From NCBI GenBank assembly GCA_964556365.1, contig CAZKVT010000001.1:71158-135157 (forward strand): a stretch of 64,000 bases of DNA. The letters are read 5' to 3'. This document shows, one piece after another, positions 59,103 to 64,000 of this stretch (the stretch's first letter is position 1; every line of letters begins with the position of its first letter). Source of the stretch: an uncultured bacterium. GTDB taxonomy: Bacteria; Hydrothermota; UBA3072. The position numbers and the translations under genes were made by a program. The notes below the pieces were generated by a model. That model did not search any database. It was not told the origin of the DNA and worked only from the letters and a program-made list of their open reading frames with translations.

Positions 59103-59131
59103 TTGACAAAAGGTCTCAAGAAATCTACAAT
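59103..59131 (+). promoter_or_regulatory. Leader promoter of the CRISPR array
   Basis: TTGACA (59103-59108), 17 nt, TACAAT (59126-59131), about 65 nt upstream of repeat 1 within the 163-nt AT-rich leader (59033-59195). Confidence 0.55.
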
Positions 59132-59195
59132 ATTACTATGTATAGCTATATGAAAAGACGAAAATTTAAACCCTTGAAACAGCTATACTCGACGA

Positions 59196-62100
59196 CTTCC
59201 AATCCTACCTATGAGGAATTGAAATGTGTCAATCCTTTTACCCCTAAATTTTATTTCTCGCACTTCCAATCCTACCTATGAGGAATTGAAATTAATTAAA
59301 GAAGCGATACACTCCACAAAGAAATCAATCTTCCAATCCTACCTATGAGGAATTGAAATAGCTGTACCTCAGACAAATTCTCCATCACCTCATTCTTCCA
59401 ATCCTACCTATGAGGAATTGAAATCCTGTTAATAGTTCTCGGAGATACGCCGAGTCTCTTCTTCCAATCCTACCTATGAGGAATTGAAATTTGTTTTATG
59501 ACACCGATTACAATAGAAATATCTCAAGCTTCCAATCCTACCTATGAGGAATTGAAATAGTTAATCACCTCCTTTGGGTGTTTTGAAAGTTTCGCTTCCA
59601 ATCCTACCTATGAGGAATTGAAATTATTCCAAAGTCTTATATCCAGCAAGAGAAGTTTTGACTTCCAATCCTACCTATGAGGAATTGAAATTGTAATTCC
59701 CCTCAGATTCCCTCGGTTGACATCTTCTTCCAATCCTACCTATGAGGAATTGAAATCCAACTCATCGTTGCGAAAACAATATTCTGGGGTACTTCCAATC
59801 CTACCTATGAGGAATTGAAATTTGAATTCGACATTTGCAACTCTATATTTATTGTACTTCCAATCCTACCTATGAGGAATTGAAATACGAATATGATGGC
59901 GAAATAGAATTATGCCAAAGCGCTTCCAATCCTACCTATGAGGAATTGAAATGCAGCTTTTGCTGCCTTAGTTTTGTTGACCCTTTTCTTCCAATCCTAC
60001 CTATGAGGAATTGAAATGCTCCTTAATCTTCCTTCTGAGTTTGTTTATCTGTTCTTCCAATCCTACCTATGAGGAATTGAAATAGTTCAAAACCTCCTAT
60101 TCCGGAAAACATTGAAAACTTCCAATCCTACCTATGAGGAATTGAAATTTGTGTATCACTTACGCCTTTCGTCCATCCATCAGGAACTTCCAATCCTACC
60201 TATGAGGAATTGAAATGCCATTCTCAAGCCTTACTTCTTTTCGACTTCTTATCTTCCAATCCTACCTATGAGGAATTGAAATATAAGATAGGCTTAGCAC
60301 CCTTGCCTCGATTATCCACCTTCCAATCCTACCTATGAGGAATTGAAATTTAATTCTCTTATTTGTTCCAAGCATAAATAAGCCGCCTTCCAATCCTACC
60401 TATGAGGAATTGAAATATTTAATAAGAAAACTAAAATCTATCCGGGAACTTTCTTCCAATCCTACCTATGAGGAATTGAAATAGTAAATTGTATCTCCTG
60501 AGTTTTTAGAATGAGTCCGCTTCCAATCCTACCTATGAGGAATTGAAATCAATATTAAGAAGAAGGCTGACGCTAAGGCATTCTGACTTCCAATCCTACC
60601 TATGAGGAATTGAAATGTGATATTCTGATGCAAGATAATCGGAAGCTTTACCCTTCCAATCCTACCTATGAGGAATTGAAATGTTCTTATCCTTTTCCGG
60701 CAAGTCCTTACAGACACCTTCCAATCCTACCTATGAGGAATTGAAATTTCTCGTTAAATTGACTAACCTATCTGCGAACTTTACTTCCAATCCTACCTAT
60801 GAGGAATTGAAATCAGAACTATTGCAGCGAATGCGGAGGATACTTCTACCTTCCAATCCTACCTATGAGGAATTGAAATTTCGATGAGGAAGGATAAAAA
60901 GGAAAAAAGATGATACTTCCAATCCTACCTATGAGGAATTGAAATTTTCAAACGAATAAGCGTCATCAGAACTTATCCATCTTCCAATCCTACCTATGAG
61001 GAATTGAAATCATTATTTGAAGGAAGCATAATTGAAGGACCTGAAACTTCCAATCCTACCTATGAGGAATTGAAATTTCTTAATGTTTGTTGCAAGACAG
61101 TGAAAAGGTTGACTTCCAATCCTACCTATGAGGAATTGAAATTTCGATGAGGAAGGCAATCAATGAACGCTAAACTCCCTTCCAATCCTACCTATGAGGA
61201 ATTGAAATTTATAACCTTAGCATGACCATCTTTTTCCAACATCTCTTCCAATCCTACCTATGAGGAATTGAAATATAGATCCAGAGACACCACAACGAAA
61301 ACAATGAAAACTTCCAATCCTACCTATGAGGAATTGAAATTTTTTATTTTCTATTAGAAAAAAAATAAATTTACCCCTTCCAATCCTACCTATGAGGAAT
61401 TGAAATCACCATTAACAAGTAAAGACCCGCATACAGGTATACTTCCAATCCTACCTATGAGGAATTGAAATTTGCTATAAGCAACGCTAAGACTGGTAAC
61501 AATGGCAGACTTCCAATCCTACCTATGAGGAATTGAAATATAGAATTTCCAAGCGAACCATAACATCAAAATATACTTCCAATCCTACCTATGAGGAATT
61601 GAAATATATCTGATATTGGGAATTAATTTATGCAAAGAATTCTTCCAATCCTACCTATGAGGAATTGAAATTTCAATATTGTCTATTAATGTTTCTTGAT
61701 TGTAATGCTTCCAATCCTACCTATGAGGAATTGAAATCTGGTTCCACCGCCTGTATGATAACTTAATTTAGTTGCTTCCAATCCTACCTATGAGGAATTG
61801 AAATATCAAACTACTGTTTATAAGCCATGCCAATATTGTAACTTCCAATCCTACCTATGAGGAATTGAAATTGAATAGAAGCCCACTCGTTGAGGACATA
61901 AATTTTCTTCCAATCCTACCTATGAGGAATTGAAATGCTTTTTTATCTCGCTCATCAAGGGTAAAAGTTCGTACTTCCAATCCTACCTATGAGGAATTGA
62001 AATCCTGGAATTTCTCTATTCTATTGTTCATTCCTTCTCCCTTCCAATCCTACCTATGAGGAATTGAAATTCGAATAAGTTCTATGCTACACCGGATTAT

Positions 62101-63334
62101 TGTTTTCTTCCAATCCTACCTATGAGGAATTGAAATTCGGTATGGTTATTGGACATCAGAAAGGCAATTCGTCTTCCAATCCTACCTATGAGGAATTGAA
62201 ATTTAGAAGGGAGAACTATCCAGGCTTTCAAATACATTCTTCCAATCCTACCTATGAGGAATTGAAATCTGTCTTCTTGTAGGTTATCCTGTATTGTTTT
62301 CCTTCTTCCAATCCTACCTATGAGGAATTGAAATCTTTATGCACGAGGTCGGAAGGGTTAATCTCTCTGTCACTTCCAATCCTACCTATGAGGAATTGAA
62401 ATTGTGCATAATGCCTTATACCAGAATCCTTCTCCCTTTCTTCCAATCCTACCTATGAGGAATTGAAATACACAAAAACCTCTCCTCACCGTTTACGATT
62501 ATTTTCTTCTTCCAATCCTACCTATGAGGAATTGAAATAAATCTTTTGGTATAGAACAAGTTAGAAATGGATTACTTCCAATCCTACCTATGAGGAATTG
62601 AAATGTAAATAATTCGTAAGAACAACAACTGGCTTAAGGGCTTCCAATCCTACCTATGAGGAATTGAAATCCATTTTTGCTTATCTTCTTCACTGTTTTT
62701 AGGGTCTACTTCCAATCCTACCTATGAGGAATTGAAATATAATTACATGGGAGAAAAGGGGGATATGTTATCAATACTTCCAATCCTACCTATGAGGAAT
62801 TGAAATGAATATAAGGCTCATCTGTCGATTCCTGTTCTTGTGCTTCCAATCCTACCTATGAGGAATTGAAATAGCTTTTAGCTCTTCGTTTGGGATTTAG
62901 ATACGCGCCTCTTCCAATCCTACCTATGAGGAATTGAAATCCCGGAACCTGCCGGTAAATGAAAATCATTAAGCAACTTCCAATCCTACCTATGAGGAAT
63001 TGAAATATGAAACAAATATATAGCCCAGACGCGGAGAGAGCGCTTCCAATCCTACCTATGAGGAATTGAAATATTATATGGTAGCTTCCTTATGGCAAAA
63101 ATTGGTTCTTCCAATCCTACCTATGAGGAATTGAAATCCGGGGATTTAAACGAGGGTAAGAAGTGTAATCTGCTTCCAATCCTACCTATGAGGAATTGAA
63201 ATATGGCTTGTGGATTGGTGGTGAACTGTGAATAGATGCTTCCAATCCTACCTATGAGGAATTGAAATCCTGCCTGGAAGGTCAAGAGACTTATAGCGGA
63301 ACTCCTTCCAATCCTACCTATGAGGAGTCGACTT
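59196..63334 (+). CRISPR. CRISPR array: 63 x 30-nt repeats (CTTCCAATCCTACCTATGAGGAATTGAAAT), 62 spacers of about 35-39 nt
   Basis: Counted by hand; mean period about 66 nt. The repeat 3' end ATTGAAAT equals a canonical 8-nt crRNA 5' tag. The last repeat (63305-63334) is degenerate in its final 8 nt. Leader and cas2 lie at the 5' side. Confidence 0.97.
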
Positions 63335-63370
63335 ATCAACAGTATCAGGTTTTTTAGGGTGTCGGGTTTT

Positions 63371-63415
63371 TCCTAACTTTACACTTTTGTCCGGGACAAA
63401 AGTGTAAAGTTAGGA
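63371..63415. repeat. 45-nt near-perfect palindrome just downstream of the array
   Basis: TCCTAACTTTACACTTTTGTCC-G-GGACAAAAGTGTAAAGTTAGGA (22-nt arms). No U-tract follows. Confidence 0.85.
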
Positions 63416-63697
63416 TTATATTATGCAAACTTTTTCTACCAAGGAATTGAGCGATTGCTTCTCGCGGGTAAAGTGAGAAACGAAACTCTTAATGACGATA
63501 TTATTTAGCAACTACAAGTTCCACGTATCTTACATGCAAATTTAGTCAAATGATTAATTGTTGAACAGTTGAATTGTAACAAAAAATTTCCGTGCTCTGT
63601 GTGAGATCAATTTGTTGGGAGGTTGAAAGTTTTAAACAATAATATCAAAAGTGGTGTGTGTAGTGGGCTCTGTGTCCTCTGTGGCTCCGTGTGAAAA

Positions 63698-64000
63698 TTA
63701 GTTTTTTTCGAGTTTCGATTTAATCCTCTCCCATACCTTCAACCCATTTTTGAATATTTTATATCCCTCTAACGAATCCACGAGCATCCCTTTTTCCTCG
63801 TAAAAAGGGATCCCCGCGATTCTGGCTTTTTTGTAATCGAATGTTATATCCGAACCCTTAAGCCCCATAAGCCCCGTATCCGTTTGATATTGGATTGAAA
63901 GAAACATATCTTTTGCGAGCTCGATCGCGTCTTCCAGAGAGTATTCGGCTCCAACCATATCTTTAGGAGAATCACTTTCCAACTTCGGAGGATTTACCGT
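63698..64000 (-). CDS. Hypothetical protein, C-terminal fragment (ORF runs off the window)
   Basis: The reading frame stays open to position 64000. The track's 'M' at 63982 is an in-frame TTG. No family recognised. Confidence 0.4.
   Translation of the reverse strand, partial: TVNPPKLESDSPKDMVGAEYSLEDAIELAKDMFLSIQYQTDTGLMGLKGSDITFDYKKARIAGIPFYEEKGMLVDSLEGYKIFKNGLKVWERIKSKLEKN

Noticed and set aside
60529-63339. Track ORFs inside the CRISPR array (60529-60717 -, 60681-60887 +, 62100-62282 +, 63121-63339 -) encoding reiterated SNPTYEELKF / FQFLIGRIG peptides.
   Set aside because: The reiterated peptides are simply translations of the 30-nt CRISPR repeat. They are artefacts, not genes.

Overview
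AT-rich bacterial chromosomal segment. T9SS-type C-terminal sorting domains, a C25 gingipain-like protease and a DUF5686 outer-membrane protein suggest an uncultivated FCB-group lineage; this is inference only. Positions 1-45.4 kb are mostly housekeeping genes: ECF sigma/anti-sigma pair, GGDEF cyclase, hom, an NSS transporter, an overlapping uvrA-gatBAC-pcrA block, tRNA-Lys, split ftcD, glyA, MCP, MscS, coaE, acyP, apt and truA. This stretch also holds two toxin-antitoxin pairs and a stand-alone SIR2-like gene. Positions 45.8-63.3 kb are one large CRISPR-Cas locus on the + strand. It has a complete type I-B (Tneap-like) set, cas6-cas8b-cas7-cas5 ... cas3-cas4-cas1-cas2, followed by a 63-repeat/62-spacer array. 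The operon is interrupted between cas5 and cas3 by two things. The first is a DUF1016/YhcG PD-(D/E)xK nuclease gene flanked by a 46-bp imperfect duplication of the cas5 3' end. The second is a tightly coupled four-gene type III-like effector cassette: an HD-Cas10-like protein with SGED in place of GGDD, a small Cas5-like RAMP, a Cas11-like helical protein and a single Cas7-like RAMP. The cassette has no Cas6, adaptation genes, array or CARF effector of its own. Spacer 28 of the array is a perfect 36/36 match to the Cas5-like RAMP gene of that nested cassette, so the locus targets itself. Most longer intergenic regions are filled with an unexplained family of short, strand-skewed tandem 'word' repeats, and one ~84-nt composite element is present twice. 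Functional calls come from reading motifs in the supplied translations; no database search was possible.
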